Positions 17,893 through 27,617 of a stretch of DNA of 40,330 nt are shown in pieces (position 1 is the stretch's first letter; each line of letters begins with the position of its first letter). The notes under the pieces are model-generated. The model was not told where the DNA came from. It was given only the letters and a program-made list of their open reading frames with translations, and did not search any database. The translations under genes and the position numbers were made by a program. Source of the DNA: an uncultured Spirochaetales bacterium (GTDB taxonomy: Bacteria; Spirochaetota; Spirochaetia; CAKZLE01); assembly GCA_964473495.1 (NCBI GenBank), contig CAYYPJ010000001.1, positions 1 through 40,330 of the forward strand, read 5' to 3'.

Positions 17893-19563
17893 ATGGTTAC
17901 TAGTGAAAAGAAACTGTTTTATTATTTGCTTATCACGTTGACTGCATGTTTCATGGTTATTCTAATTGTTCGCTATGTGATGATCATGTTTCCACATAAA
18001 GAAGCAGCGTATCATGAATCTCTTGCCATCTCTCGTGTACAGAGGGGAACTATATATGATCGTAATGGGACAATACTAGCCTATGAGGCACCATACTATT
18101 CATGTGCTGTTCTGCTGAAAGATGTAGGCTCATTGGATGATACGATCATTCATCTCAGCCGGATTCTTGACAGCACCGTATCAGAGATCCAGGAGGCCCT
18201 TGCCGGTAAAAGTACCTATGCAATGATCAAGAAGCATCTCAGTGATGCCGAGTATACAACACTGCGTGAAGCAGTACGCTCAGGAGATCTCCCAGGAGTC
18301 ACTATTGAGAAACGCTATGGGAGAATATATCCCCAAGGTTCCCATGGAGCACATGTCATTGGTTTCACCGATATCGATAATGTTGGACTTACCGGTATAG
18401 AATATAGTTTTGACACACTGCTCTCCCCGCTCCATGATCCTTCTAAAGAAATTACCCAGGGGAATGATATCTATCTGACGATTGATCATCGAATTCAGTT
18501 TGACGTTGACAACCGCTGCAGAGAACTTACTGAAGAACACCACCCTGATAGTGCAGTCATATTGGTAATGGATGCAAAGACCGGAGAGTTATTAGCCTAT
18601 ACATCATACCCTCGGTTTGATTTGAACGATTACAATCTCTCTACGGCCGAAGAACGCCTCAATCGTCCTATCTCTATGATGTATGAACCGGGATCTGTCT
18701 TTAAGATCTTCTCATTGGCTTCAATTCTTGATATAGGTGATGCCAATACTGATAAGCTCTTTCTGTGTGATGGTTCTTATACTTTCACGATGGATAATGG
18801 TAAATCTGCAACAATAAACTGTCTCAAACCTCATGGTGAGGTTGGACCGAAAGAGATCCTTAAATACTCGTGTAATGGAGGCATCTCCTACTATGCGCTC
18901 CAGACAGATTCGAATAAGTTCTATAAGCATATTTGTGATTTCGGTTTTAATCAGAAGACTGCTATAGATCTCCCGGGTGAGATCAGCGGGATGCTGCAGA
19001 CTCCGGCGAACTGGTCAGGACGTTCAAAACCCACTATTTCCTTTGGTCAGGAAATTGGCGTGACTGCTCTGCAGATGACTACAGCTGCAACGGTCTTCAC
19101 TCATGACGGATATCTCTTAAAACCCCGTATAGTCCGGGCTATCTATGATCCAGGGACTAAGAAGCTTACCTACACAGAACCTTCTACGGTGAGAAAGGTC
19201 ATTTCCAAGAAGACTGCCCATGATATACTGACTATGATGGTCTCGGTTACCGAACCGGGAGGAACTGCGATTCATGCAAAGCATACAGGCGTTACAGTCT
19301 CTGCAAAGACAGGTACCGCTCAAATATTAGATCTCGACACGAACACATACTCTGCCGACCATGTCCTTGCGTCATCCATAGCGATCCTCCCCACCGAAGA
19401 TCCTCAGTATATTATCTATGTAGCTGCTGACAATCCAACTGGCGGTGAATACTATGGAAGTGCAGTAGCTGCCCCCACTATCGAGAAGATAACTGAAGAC
19501 TTGATTTCTCTGGGGCTGCTTGACTCTTCTTCAAGTGATATTCGCTATGTATCAACTGAGTGA
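17893..19563 (+). CDS. class B penicillin-binding protein (FtsI/PBP2-type transpeptidase)
   Basis: N-terminal TM anchor. The transpeptidase triad is intact: SVFK (SxxK), SCN (SxN) and KTG. Confidence 0.85.
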   Translation: MVTSEKKLFYYLLITLTACFMVILIVRYVMIMFPHKEAAYHESLAISRVQRGTIYDRNGTILAYEAPYYSCAVLLKDVGSLDDTIIHLSRILDSTVSEIQEALAGKSTYAMIKKHLSDAEYTTLREAVRSGDLPGVTIEKRYGRIYPQGSHGAHVIGFTDIDNVGLTGIEYSFDTLLSPLHDPSKEITQGNDIYLTIDHRIQFDVDNRCRELTEEHHPDSAVILVMDAKTGELLAYTSYPRFDLNDYNLSTAEERLNRPISMMYEPGSVFKIFSLASILDIGDANTDKLFLCDGSYTFTMDNGKSATINCLKPHGEVGPKEILKYSCNGGISYYALQTDSNKFYKHICDFGFNQKTAIDLPGEISGMLQTPANWSGRSKPTISFGQEIGVTALQMTTAATVFTHDGYLLKPRIVRAIYDPGTKKLTYTEPSTVRKVISKKTAHDILTMMVSVTEPGGTAIHAKHTGVTVSAKTGTAQILDLDTNTYSADHVLASSIAILPTEDPQYIIYVAADNPTGGEYYGSAVAAPTIEKITEDLISLGLLDSSSSDIRYVSTE

Positions 19564-19571
19564 TGGAATAA

Positions 19572-20426
19572 TCACTGCATGAATAATCTTTGTATCATCC
19601 CAGAGACTCCGCTTCCTCTATTATTGGTCACTCTTTGGTGGGAGATCTCTTCAACGATACGTTTTATTCCCAGGGACGCTTCACAATGCGGATAACGCAC
19701 AGAGAAGGGGATCTGTTCTGATGCTGCCATGCCCTTCCTCACATATTCATCTTCCGGGACAGTCCCGGAATACTGTACGTTCAGGGAAAGAAACCGTTTT
19801 GCTGCAGACTGCAGTGCCTCTGCAAGTGATCTACCACAGCTATTGGATATTACCCTGTTTGCAACGACATGAATGTTGGGAATGATTGATCTCGGACATG
19901 CTGAGAGCCCCTTCACCAGGCCATAGGTATCTTTCACAGAGTTCTTTTCTGGAGTCACAACGACTATCACATCCTCAGATGCTAAGATACTATCTACTAT
20001 ATGTTCAGTACTACCAGCACCGGCATCGATGATAATATAGTCCACCCATGAAAGCTTCTCTAATCCATCGATGAATCTCTTACGCTGATCTGACCCCAGA
20101 TCTGCGACATCTGCCATTCCCGAGACTCCGGCAATCAGCTGAATACCATAGGGCGTGTTGGTGAGGATATCCCCTATCTCATGCTCTCCGGTCAACATAT
20201 CGGTGAATGTATAACGCGGCAGCACTCCCATCAGACTATGAACAGGGTACTTCGTTCCACGAGTATCAGCATCCATGAGTATGACACTCTGCTCTCGTGC
20301 TGCCAACTGAACTGCAAGATTCACCGCAAGGTTTGATACTCCAGCTTCTTTCCTGCCACTGGCTATCATGAGGATCCTAGTATCTCTCGATACCAACTTT
20401 CGTAAGTACTCAGCCTGGTCTACCAT
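19572..20426 (-). CDS. flhG: FlhG (YlxH) MinD/ParA-family protein with a degenerate deviant Walker A
   Basis: N-terminal DQAEYLR matches the DQAxxLR FlhF-activator motif. DQRKRF and IIIDAGAGS align with B. subtilis YlxH (from memory). C-terminal amphipathic GMIQRLFMQ. The P-loop reads SGRKEAGVS. Confidence 0.8.
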   Translation of the reverse strand: MVDQAEYLRKLVSRDTRILMIASGRKEAGVSNLAVNLAVQLAAREQSVILMDADTRGTKYPVHSLMGVLPRYTFTDMLTGEHEIGDILTNTPYGIQLIAGVSGMADVADLGSDQRKRFIDGLEKLSWVDYIIIDAGAGSTEHIVDSILASEDVIVVVTPEKNSVKDTYGLVKGLSACPRSIIPNIHVVANRVISNSCGRSLAEALQSAAKRFLSLNVQYSGTVPEDEYVRKGMAASEQIPFSVRYPHCEASLGIKRIVEEISHQRVTNNRGSGVSGMIQRLFMQ

Positions 20427-20457
20427 GTTTGTTCCCTATGCAGATAAGATGATCTCA

Positions 20458-21558
20458 TCATTCCTCTGATACCGCCAGGTGATCGATGTCATCACCTATG
20501 ATGAGATTCTCAAGATCAACTGAGAACCCCTGCAGCCTTCGCAGAAACACTCCCTCTGTCATGGGAAGAATATCCTGAGGGACCTTCTGGCCGGTGGTAA
20601 CATAGAGGATGGGCAGCTCTATCTCATAAAATAGACTGATCAGATTTCCTACCGTCTCAGTCTCGTCAAGTTTTGTCAGGGTCAGAGAAGAGATAGGGAA
20701 CTCAGAGAAACGTCTTATCGTTCTCTTGATATCTGAACTCTTCATTGAGGCTGATAATGCAAGAGAGAATCTCACAGAATGCTGGAGATCACAGGCAGAC
20801 AGGATATGCTTCATCTCCTGTTGGATTTCCTCATCTTTTGGACTCTTACCAATAGTATCTATGAGAATAATATCTATGTCACTATGATCATTGAGGTAAG
20901 TGACGAGTTCTTCTTTGTGCTCTATCTCAACTACCGGGATACCCATGATCTCCCCGAAGGTCCCGATCTGTGCCCTTGCTCCAATCCTGTAGCTGTCAAT
21001 CGTCACCATAGCGACATGTTCTGTCCTTCTTTGTGAATCATACTGAATCCCATGGAGTGCAGCTATCTTTGCTATGGTCGTTGTCTTACCGACACCGGTG
21101 GGACCGAGCAATCCAAATATATGGGGCGTGGAGCTCTGACCTTTTCTATCCACTTTTATGCTGTCACTGATCAAAGAGAGGATACGAGTCTCCATAAGTT
21201 CCCGGTGAGTCAACTCCTCAGGGGTAGATTCTTCCTGTACTCTTCTTATGAGTTGTTCACTATATGATGGGGAGAACTCATTCAGTTCAAGAACCTTCTG
21301 TACTTCCTGTAACAGCTTCTTTTGCACAGCATCTTCAGGAGATGGTTTCGCAACAGGTACTTCTGATTTCTTCGGGATCGTCTCACGTACTTGTGTTCGA
21401 TACGCAGAGACCTCATAGAGTATTCTTCGCCGTAACCCGAAAAACGATTTTGCGGTAATACGTTTTGTTGAGTAGATTACATAATCTTTCCCGTAGATCA
21501 GGTGAATCTTCTCTACAGCCCCTTCATACGAAGAGGCCTGCTCTGTTACAAAATCCAT
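20458..21558 (-). CDS. flhF: SRP-type GTPase FlhF
   Basis: G1 [19 protein letters not shown]4 TKLDET and G5 TTGQKVPQD. The N-terminal B-domain resembles B. subtilis FlhF. G3 reads DTIGK. Confidence 0.8.
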   Translation of the reverse strand: MDFVTEQASSYEGAVEKIHLIYGKDYVIYSTKRITAKSFFGLRRRILYEVSAYRTQVRETIPKKSEVPVAKPSPEDAVQKKLLQEVQKVLELNEFSPSYSEQLIRRVQEESTPEELTHRELMETRILSLISDSIKVDRKGQSSTPHIFGLLGPTGVGKTTTIAKIAALHGIQYDSQRRTEHVAMVTIDSYRIGARAQIGTFGEIMGIPVVEIEHKEELVTYLNDHSDIDIILIDTIGKSPKDEEIQQEMKHILSACDLQHSVRFSLALSASMKSSDIKRTIRRFSEFPISSLTLTKLDETETVGNLISLFYEIELPILYVTTGQKVPQDILPMTEGVFLRRLQGFSVDLENLIIGDDIDHLAVSEE

Positions 21559-21576
21559 CAGCTCTCCATACTGAAA

Positions 21577-22977
21577 CTAAAGGATATATCTGCTAAGGTC
21601 TCTGTCTTCTATAATATCATGCAATCGCTCATCAACATATGCCTTCGTTATAGTTATCGTCTGATTCTTCAACTCATTTGCCGTAAATGATACCTCTTCA
21701 AGTAATCGTTCCATGATCGTATAGAGCCTTCGTGCACCAATATTCTCCGTACTCTTATTGACATCTTCTGCGATCTCACTCATTCTTCGGATCGCTTCAT
21801 CAGTGAATTCCAAGGTGACTCCCTCAGTCTTCAAGAGTTCTATATACTGGGTTGTGATAGAATTCTCGGGCTCTCGAAGAATTCGATAGAAATCCGCAGC
21901 CTTCAGATCGTTAAGCTCGACACGTAGGGGGAATCTTCCCTGCAGCTCCGGAATAAGGTCGGATGGTTTACACATATGGAATGCACCTGCAGCAATAAAA
22001 AGAATATGGGACGTATCGATTATGCCGTGTTTCGTGTTGACTTTCGATCCTTCAACAATCGGGAGGATGTCACGCTGGACTCCTTCTCTGGATATATCAG
22101 GACCGCTTCCTCCCGGCTTTGAGATAGCTACTTTATCAATCTCATCGATGAAGACGATCCCGAGTTGTTCAACTCGTTCTTTAGCCATATCAGAAGCTTT
22201 ATCCATATCCACAAGTTTATCCATCTCTTCATCCAGAAGAAGTTCTCTTGCCCGTTTTACGGTAACTTGACGTCTCTTCTTCTTGTTCCCGAAGATGTTC
22301 CCAATATTATTCATTGCTGATTGGATATCACCCATATTACCGCCGGTCAGAACTTCAATCCCTGTTGGTGTCCTCTGTGAGATTGATATCTCAATTTCAC
22401 GTTCATCAAGTTTTCCTTCGTGGAGCATCTTCCTGAACTTTTCACGAGTCGATAATGCAGGATCATTCTCGGAGGATTCTCCACCCGTGTCAGGAAGTAG
22501 TATCGCTTTGCTGCCGTCCCCCGTGCTGGTACTCTTTTTTTCTTTCTTTACCCCGGGAAGCAAAAGATCCAGAAGATGTTCTTCAGCTCTGCGCTTAGCC
22601 TCTTTTTCTATTTTCTCAGACAATTCAGCTTTGACCATTGATACTGCTACACTCATCAGGTCACGTATCATAGACTCAACATCACGTCCTACATACCCTA
22701 CTTCAGTATATTTTGATGCTTCGACTTTGACAAAAGGTGCACCGCTTAAACGAGATAGTCTTCTTGCAATCTCTGTCTTTCCCACGCCTGTAGGCCCAAT
22801 CATAATGATGTTCTTCGGCAATATCTCTTCCTGCAGCTCCTTCGGGAGTTTTCGTCTTCGCACCCTGTTTCGTACTGCGATGGCCACTACCCGCTTCGCC
22901 TGATCCTGTCCTATGATATATTTATCGAGTTCCTCCACAATCTCAGAAGGAATCATCTCATCAAGATTCTTTTTCAT
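21577..22977 (-). CDS. hslU: ATP-dependent protease ATPase subunit HslU
   Basis: Walker [15 protein letters not shown], Walker [10 protein letters not shown], and an inserted I-domain. Length 466 aa. ATGA overlap with hslV. Confidence 0.95.
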   Translation of the reverse strand: MKKNLDEMIPSEIVEELDKYIIGQDQAKRVVAIAVRNRVRRRKLPKELQEEILPKNIIMIGPTGVGKTEIARRLSRLSGAPFVKVEASKYTEVGYVGRDVESMIRDLMSVAVSMVKAELSEKIEKEAKRRAEEHLLDLLLPGVKKEKKSTSTGDGSKAILLPDTGGESSENDPALSTREKFRKMLHEGKLDEREIEISISQRTPTGIEVLTGGNMGDIQSAMNNIGNIFGNKKKRRQVTVKRARELLLDEEMDKLVDMDKASDMAKERVEQLGIVFIDEIDKVAISKPGGSGPDISREGVQRDILPIVEGSKVNTKHGIIDTSHILFIAAGAFHMCKPSDLIPELQGRFPLRVELNDLKAADFYRILREPENSITTQYIELLKTEGVTLEFTDEAIRRMSEIAEDVNKSTENIGARRLYTIMERLLEEVSFTANELKNQTITITKAYVDERLHDIIEDRDLSRYIL

Positions 22978-23507
22978 GCTAACTCCTCAACTATTATAGT
23001 ATCATTGGTATAAATGCAGATACTTGATGCAATCTTCAATGATTTTCTTGCGATCTCTGCGGCTTCCATATCTCCCATATCAAGGTAAGCACGAGCTGCC
23101 GCATAAGCATATGGTCCGCCGGAACCAATTGCGATCGTATCAAACTCCGGCTGTACGACATCACCGGTTCCCGATATCAAGAAGGTATGATCCGCATCAG
23201 CAATAAGCATCATTGCTTCAAGTTTTCGCAGGGCTCGGTCAGTTCGCCACTCTTTTGCCAATTCCACTGCTGCTCTTGTCAGATCACCATCATACTGAGA
23301 TAATTTCTTTTCAATCAATTCAAACAGGGTGAATGCATCAGCTGTCGCTCCTGCAAATCCCGTAATGACTTTATCATTATACATACGCCGTACCTTACGA
23401 GAATTCCCCTTCATCACGGTATCACCTAACGTGACTTGACCGTCACCTGCAATAGCCACCTTCCCATTCTTACGTACGGCAAGGATCGTTGTTCCCTTAA
23501 AACTCAT
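22974..23507 (-). CDS. hslV: ATP-dependent protease subunit HslV
   Basis: [22 protein letters not shown] signature, preceded by a 5-residue MSFKG extension. Length 177 aa. Confidence 0.93.
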   Translation of the reverse strand: MSFKGTTILAVRKNGKVAIAGDGQVTLGDTVMKGNSRKVRRMYNDKVITGFAGATADAFTLFELIEKKLSQYDGDLTRAAVELAKEWRTDRALRKLEAMMLIADADHTFLISGTGDVVQPEFDTIAIGSGGPYAYAAARAYLDMGDMEAAEIARKSLKIASSICIYTNDTIIVEELA

Positions 23508-24421
23508 GATTCACTCCTTCCATGCGGATGATTCTTACTATACACCTCTTTCAATCTTTTAGCCCCTACATGGGAATATATCTGTGTAGTTGATATATTC
23601 TCATGTCCCAACAACTCTTGAACGACTCGTATTCCTGCATCATGATCAAGAAGATGCGTGGCAAAAGTATGTCTGAACGTATGCGGGGTCACATGTTTCT
23701 CTATGCCCAGCTTAGTAACATATGTATGAAAAATATAATGCACACCTTGAGGAGTCAACCTTTTTCCCATTTTATTGACAAAAACTGCAGCATTATCTGT
23801 ATTTTGAAGTTTTTGCTTTCGTGCACGTTCCTGTTTCAGACTCATATACAAATGCAGATCATGAACGGCAGCCCTGGTAAGGAAGACATACCTGTCCTTA
23901 CTTCCCTTCCCATGGACAAGTATCTTCCTATAGGTAAAACTCACATCATCAGTATTCATCGACAGCATCTCTGAAAGACGACATCCTGTAGAATAGAGGG
24001 TATGAAAAACAGCACGATCGCGTGCACCAATAAAATCATCACCAGGGGCAGAAAGAATTCTCCTGACTTCGTCAATCGTGAGTACAGTTGGAAGTGTCCG
24101 CTGCTTCTTCATACTGCGAACCTGAGAGAATGGATTACGATCTAAACCTGTGAAGCGTATCTCATAGCGATAGAAGCTCTTAATCCCGGAGATAATTCTA
24201 TTTATACTTCGTTCTGCATACTCTTTTCGTTTTAGTGCTGCAGTGAATCTACGTACTTCCGTGTGACTCAAGCTATCAAACGGGAGGTTATAGTCCGTGA
24301 TGTATGCTGACAGCAGGCTGAGATCATGAGCATACGCTTTTAGCGTATGTACTGAATAGTTCTTTATTGATCTCAGATACTGTAGATAATCATCAATTGC
24401 TCTATCAATATCCTTATTCAT
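23504..24421 (-). CDS. xerC: tyrosine recombinase XerC (CodV-like)
   Basis: Catalytic pattern GCRLSE...[12 protein letters not shown]...[15 protein letters not shown]. Sits upstream of hslVU, as in B. subtilis codV-clpQ-clpY. Confidence 0.8.
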   Translation of the reverse strand: MNKDIDRAIDDYLQYLRSIKNYSVHTLKAYAHDLSLLSAYITDYNLPFDSLSHTEVRRFTAALKRKEYAERSINRIISGIKSFYRYEIRFTGLDRNPFSQVRSMKKQRTLPTVLTIDEVRRILSAPGDDFIGARDRAVFHTLYSTGCRLSEMLSMNTDDVSFTYRKILVHGKGSKDRYVFLTRAAVHDLHLYMSLKQERARKQKLQNTDNAAVFVNKMGKRLTPQGVHYIFHTYVTKLGIEKHVTPHTFRHTFATHLLDHDAGIRVVQELLGHENISTTQIYSHVGAKRLKEVYSKNHPHGRSES

Positions 24422-25425
24422 ATATCCCCGCGTATCAGAAAGGCATCACCCCTGTATCGAACGACGTCGCCTTTTAATTCCAGTGCTAAAAGCTCCCTCG
24501 GAGCGCATGCCCTGCTCTGCAGAGCTGATACTTCGTATCGAACCAATTCATCAGGGAACATCTCCTGTAGACTCGTCACTGTCCCAGCTCCATCTTCCGC
24601 AAGTTTCCGTGTACCCAATGAATTTCTTCCAGCAGAACATTCTCTATCGATATATATCTCCTTTCCCTGATCCAATGCATAGTCTACAGTGATCAAAGCA
24701 CCTGATTTTGCTGGTGCTTCCACTACATAGACTTTGGTGCTCAACCCGCTGATGAGACGATTCCTCTTCGGGAACGTCCATCTGCTTGGCGGAGTATCGG
24801 GAGGGAACTCGCTTAACAGGCCTCCTCCATAGTATACTATATCTTTAGCCAATATATAACCTGATTTTGGGTAAAGGCAGTTTAACCCGCTCCCAAGAAC
24901 AGCCCATGTCTTTCCATGCACCGAGATGACTCCGCAATGTCCTGCACTATCGATCCCTTCGGCTAATCCCGATACCGTAGGTATTTCATGCAGTCCCATC
25001 TGAACTCCCATAGAGAAGGCTTTGCGTCTGCCACGTGCTGAGGCACTGCGTGTACCGATCAATGCGATCATGTGATGATGATCGTACAGAGGGAGCGCGC
25101 CAATATAGTAGAGGAGATAGGGGGGATCATAGATCTCACGTAGAATCTGGGGATATGCACTATCACCGATATGCAGAATATTCATATTACTGTGAAGGGT
25201 ACTCTCATAGATCCTTTGTGCATATTCTTGATACCTCCGGGCATTGAACATATGAGTCCGTAATCTTCTGCCTATCATGAGCTCTATATCATTCAATGAA
25301 AAGGTCGAAAGGTTCTCATGCATAAGCAGATTCTCGAGGACAAGTGATTCTTCTGTCTTCAGCCCTTGTATGAGACTTATAAAAAGACGAACTATCTGTG
25401 ATCTCTCACACACTTTTTCCTGCAC
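24418..25425 (-). CDS. dprA: DNA processing protein DprA (Smf)
   Basis: Rossmann-like core IALIGTRSASARG...GLAEGIDSAGH...GSGLNCLYP. The start is either GTG 25425 (overlaps the GGGAGG SD) or GTG 25413. Confidence 0.8.
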   Translation of the reverse strand: MQEKVCERSQIVRLFISLIQGLKTEESLVLENLLMHENLSTFSLNDIELMIGRRLRTHMFNARRYQEYAQRIYESTLHSNMNILHIGDSAYPQILREIYDPPYLLYYIGALPLYDHHHMIALIGTRSASARGRRKAFSMGVQMGLHEIPTVSGLAEGIDSAGHCGVISVHGKTWAVLGSGLNCLYPKSGYILAKDIVYYGGGLLSEFPPDTPPSRWTFPKRNRLISGLSTKVYVVEAPAKSGALITVDYALDQGKEIYIDRECSAGRNSLGTRKLAEDGAGTVTSLQEMFPDELVRYEVSALQSRACAPRELLALELKGDVVRYRGDAFLIRGDI

Positions 25426-25477
25426 CTCCCATAGACACTGATACAGACACTATATACAGGGGATGTATCAAACTGAT

Positions 25478-26389
25478 TCAGGTACTGTGTGGTGAATCAA
25501 TATCAGGGAGAGATGTCTCGTGCTTTTTACGCAAATCCTCTACCGATATATGGGTATAGATTTGCGTAGTGCTGATATCAGCATGCCCAAGCAGTTCTTG
25601 AACAACACGCAGATCAGCACCGTTGATCAACAGGTGAGTTGCATAGGAGTGACGCAGCGTATGAATCTTTGCCTCAATCCCTGCTGACAGGCAGTATTTC
25701 TTAAACTGTTTCCAAGCACCTTTTCTTGTAAGCCCCGTTCCGTTCTTGTTCACAAACAACTTATAGGTTATCTTTTTCGGAGTAAGGAGATGCATACGAT
25801 CCTGGGTGAGGTACCGGTCCAGCCAATAGCGAGCTATCTTACCAAATGGGATAACGCGTTCTTTATCCCCCTTTCCTATGACTCTGATGAGCCCTTCGTC
25901 GAAAAATAGATTCCTCATCTCCAACCCCACAGCTTCACTTACTCGTAATCCGCATGAATAGATCAATTCAAAGAGTGCCCGATCACGCATACCTAAATGG
26001 GTAGACACATTAATCTGAGCGAATATCGTATCGATCTCATCTACTGTGAGTACATTCGGTAGAGGACGTGACAGTTTCGGCAATTCTATCGTAAGTGCCG
26101 GGTTGTCATCCCTAAGCTCTTCATATTCAAGGAATCGAAAGAATGATCGTACTATCGCAATCACTTTTGCGAGGGTCCTCGTGTGCAGGCCTGCATCTGT
26201 TCGAAATTGCATATAGGCAATGATACCAAGAGAATCAATAGTCAACGAATCTAATCCATCATGTGACAGATACTCTGCGAAAAGACGTATCTCACGAATA
26301 TAATCAGAGATCGTAGTATCACTCAAACGCAATTCAACTGTCAGATATCCCTCATAATCATCAATCAACACTGATTGTGAGGGGTTCAT
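25478..26389 (-). CDS. xerD: tyrosine recombinase XerD
   Basis: [39 protein letters not shown] closely resembles the E. coli XerD C-terminus. ATGA overlap with the ftsZ stop. Confidence 0.85.
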   Translation of the reverse strand: MNPSQSVLIDDYEGYLTVELRLSDTTISDYIREIRLFAEYLSHDGLDSLTIDSLGIIAYMQFRTDAGLHTRTLAKVIAIVRSFFRFLEYEELRDDNPALTIELPKLSRPLPNVLTVDEIDTIFAQINVSTHLGMRDRALFELIYSCGLRVSEAVGLEMRNLFFDEGLIRVIGKGDKERVIPFGKIARYWLDRYLTQDRMHLLTPKKITYKLFVNKNGTGLTRKGAWKQFKKYCLSAGIEAKIHTLRHSYATHLLINGADLRVVQELLGHADISTTQIYTHISVEDLRKKHETSLPDIDSPHST

Positions 26390-27600
26390 TTCCCCTCTTT
26401 ATCATCAGGGGAATATCTGAGTACTGAGGGATAAGAGAGATCATCTGCAGCATTATTGGTATTCTGCATTCTTTTTTTAAGATCCTGCCATCGATCTATG
26501 GTAATGACCTCTTCTACCGGGATCTTCTCTTCAGCACGTTCTTTCTGTTTTGCACTCTTAGTCCCAAAGGCATTATCCAATGTGTGTTTCGGATTCTTAT
26601 ACTCATCAAAATCCGGTTCTTTTCGATCAAAACCTGTAGCCACAAGAGTCACTTTGAGCTTTTTACCAAGATCATTGTTGTAGGATTGTCCTGCGATGAT
26701 TAATGCATCCCTATCAGCGTTCTCGGTAATGAGTTCTACCACATCCTGATACTCTTTCAGGGTCAGATCATCACCACCTGAAAGATTTACCAAAATACCT
26801 TTAGCCCCATCTATTTGGGCATTCTCCAAGAGGGGATTATTGATTGCCTGATGTGCAGCATCAACCGCACGGTTCTCACCCTCCCCTATGCCGATGCCCA
26901 TAAGTGCATCCCCTCTTCCTTTCATGACCGTGCGTACGTCTGCAAAATCAATATTTATCTCGCCTGGTTCTGTGATCAGCTCACTTATTCCCTGTACGCC
27001 CTGTCGTAATACATCATCTGCAATCTGAAAGGCCTGTTTGATAGGAGTATTTTCTTCGACTATTTTGAGCAGGTATTGATTTGGGATGATGATCAACGTA
27101 TCCACACTCTTTCGTAACTTCTCAATACCTTCACTCGCTAATTTCTGTTTCTTTTTTCCTTCGAATATGAAAGGTGTTGTTACCACAGCAACTGTCAGGG
27201 TATTCAACTCTTTTGCCATCTCAGCTATCACGGGTGAAGCTCCAGTCCCAGTCCCACCTCCCATACCTGCTGTGATGAAGATCATATCGGTACCTTGCAT
27301 GATCTCCTTGAGCTCATCAATGGATTCTTGAGCTGCTTGTTCACCAATCTCCGGTACTCCTCCAGCACCTAGACCACCGGTGAGCTTTGACCCGATCGAC
27401 ATGCATTTTGTGGCATTAGAGCGCTGAAGAGCCTGTACATCAGTGTTCAGAGCAACATATTCAACGTTCTTCAATCCTGCGGCAATCATTCTGTTAATGG
27501 CATTCCCGCCGCCTCCACCGATTCCCAGTACCTTTATGACTGTTGGCGTAGATTGCTTCATAAATGAGTCTTGAGAGTCTTTTACCATTTCAATATCCAT
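26386..27600 (-). CDS. ftsZ: cell division protein FtsZ
   Basis: [11 protein letters not shown] and the tubulin signature [16 protein letters not shown]-terminal peptide [18 protein letters not shown] lies 5 nt before ATG 27600 (track start is 27618). Confidence 0.95.
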   Translation of the reverse strand: MDIEMVKDSQDSFMKQSTPTVIKVLGIGGGGGNAINRMIAAGLKNVEYVALNTDVQALQRSNATKCMSIGSKLTGGLGAGGVPEIGEQAAQESIDELKEIMQGTDMIFITAGMGGGTGTGASPVIAEMAKELNTLTVAVVTTPFIFEGKKKQKLASEGIEKLRKSVDTLIIIPNQYLLKIVEENTPIKQAFQIADDVLRQGVQGISELITEPGEINIDFADVRTVMKGRGDALMGIGIGEGENRAVDAAHQAINNPLLENAQIDGAKGILVNLSGGDDLTLKEYQDVVELITENADRDALIIAGQSYNNDLGKKLKVTLVATGFDRKEPDFDEYKNPKHTLDNAFGTKSAKQKERAEEKIPVEEVITIDRWQDLKKRMQNTNNAADDLSYPSVLRYSPDDKEGK

Positions 27601-27617
27601 GATTCCTCCGTTCGACA

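Noticed and set aside
22283-22903. 206-aa plus-strand ORF antisense to hslU
   Set aside because: It is a low-complexity Ser/Pro/Phe-rich translation lying entirely inside a well-supported hslU gene. This is a typical shadow ORF of a Lys/Glu-rich gene, with no SD or promoter.
23504-26389. Two tyrosine recombinases flanking dprA, considered as a possible integrative or mobile element
   Set aside because: Both are full-length canonical XerC/XerD types with housekeeping signatures. They are translationally coupled to ftsZ, dprA and hslV. No flanking repeats, att-like sites, cargo genes or compositional shift are present. The dprA...xerC-hslVU linkage also exists in B. subtilis.
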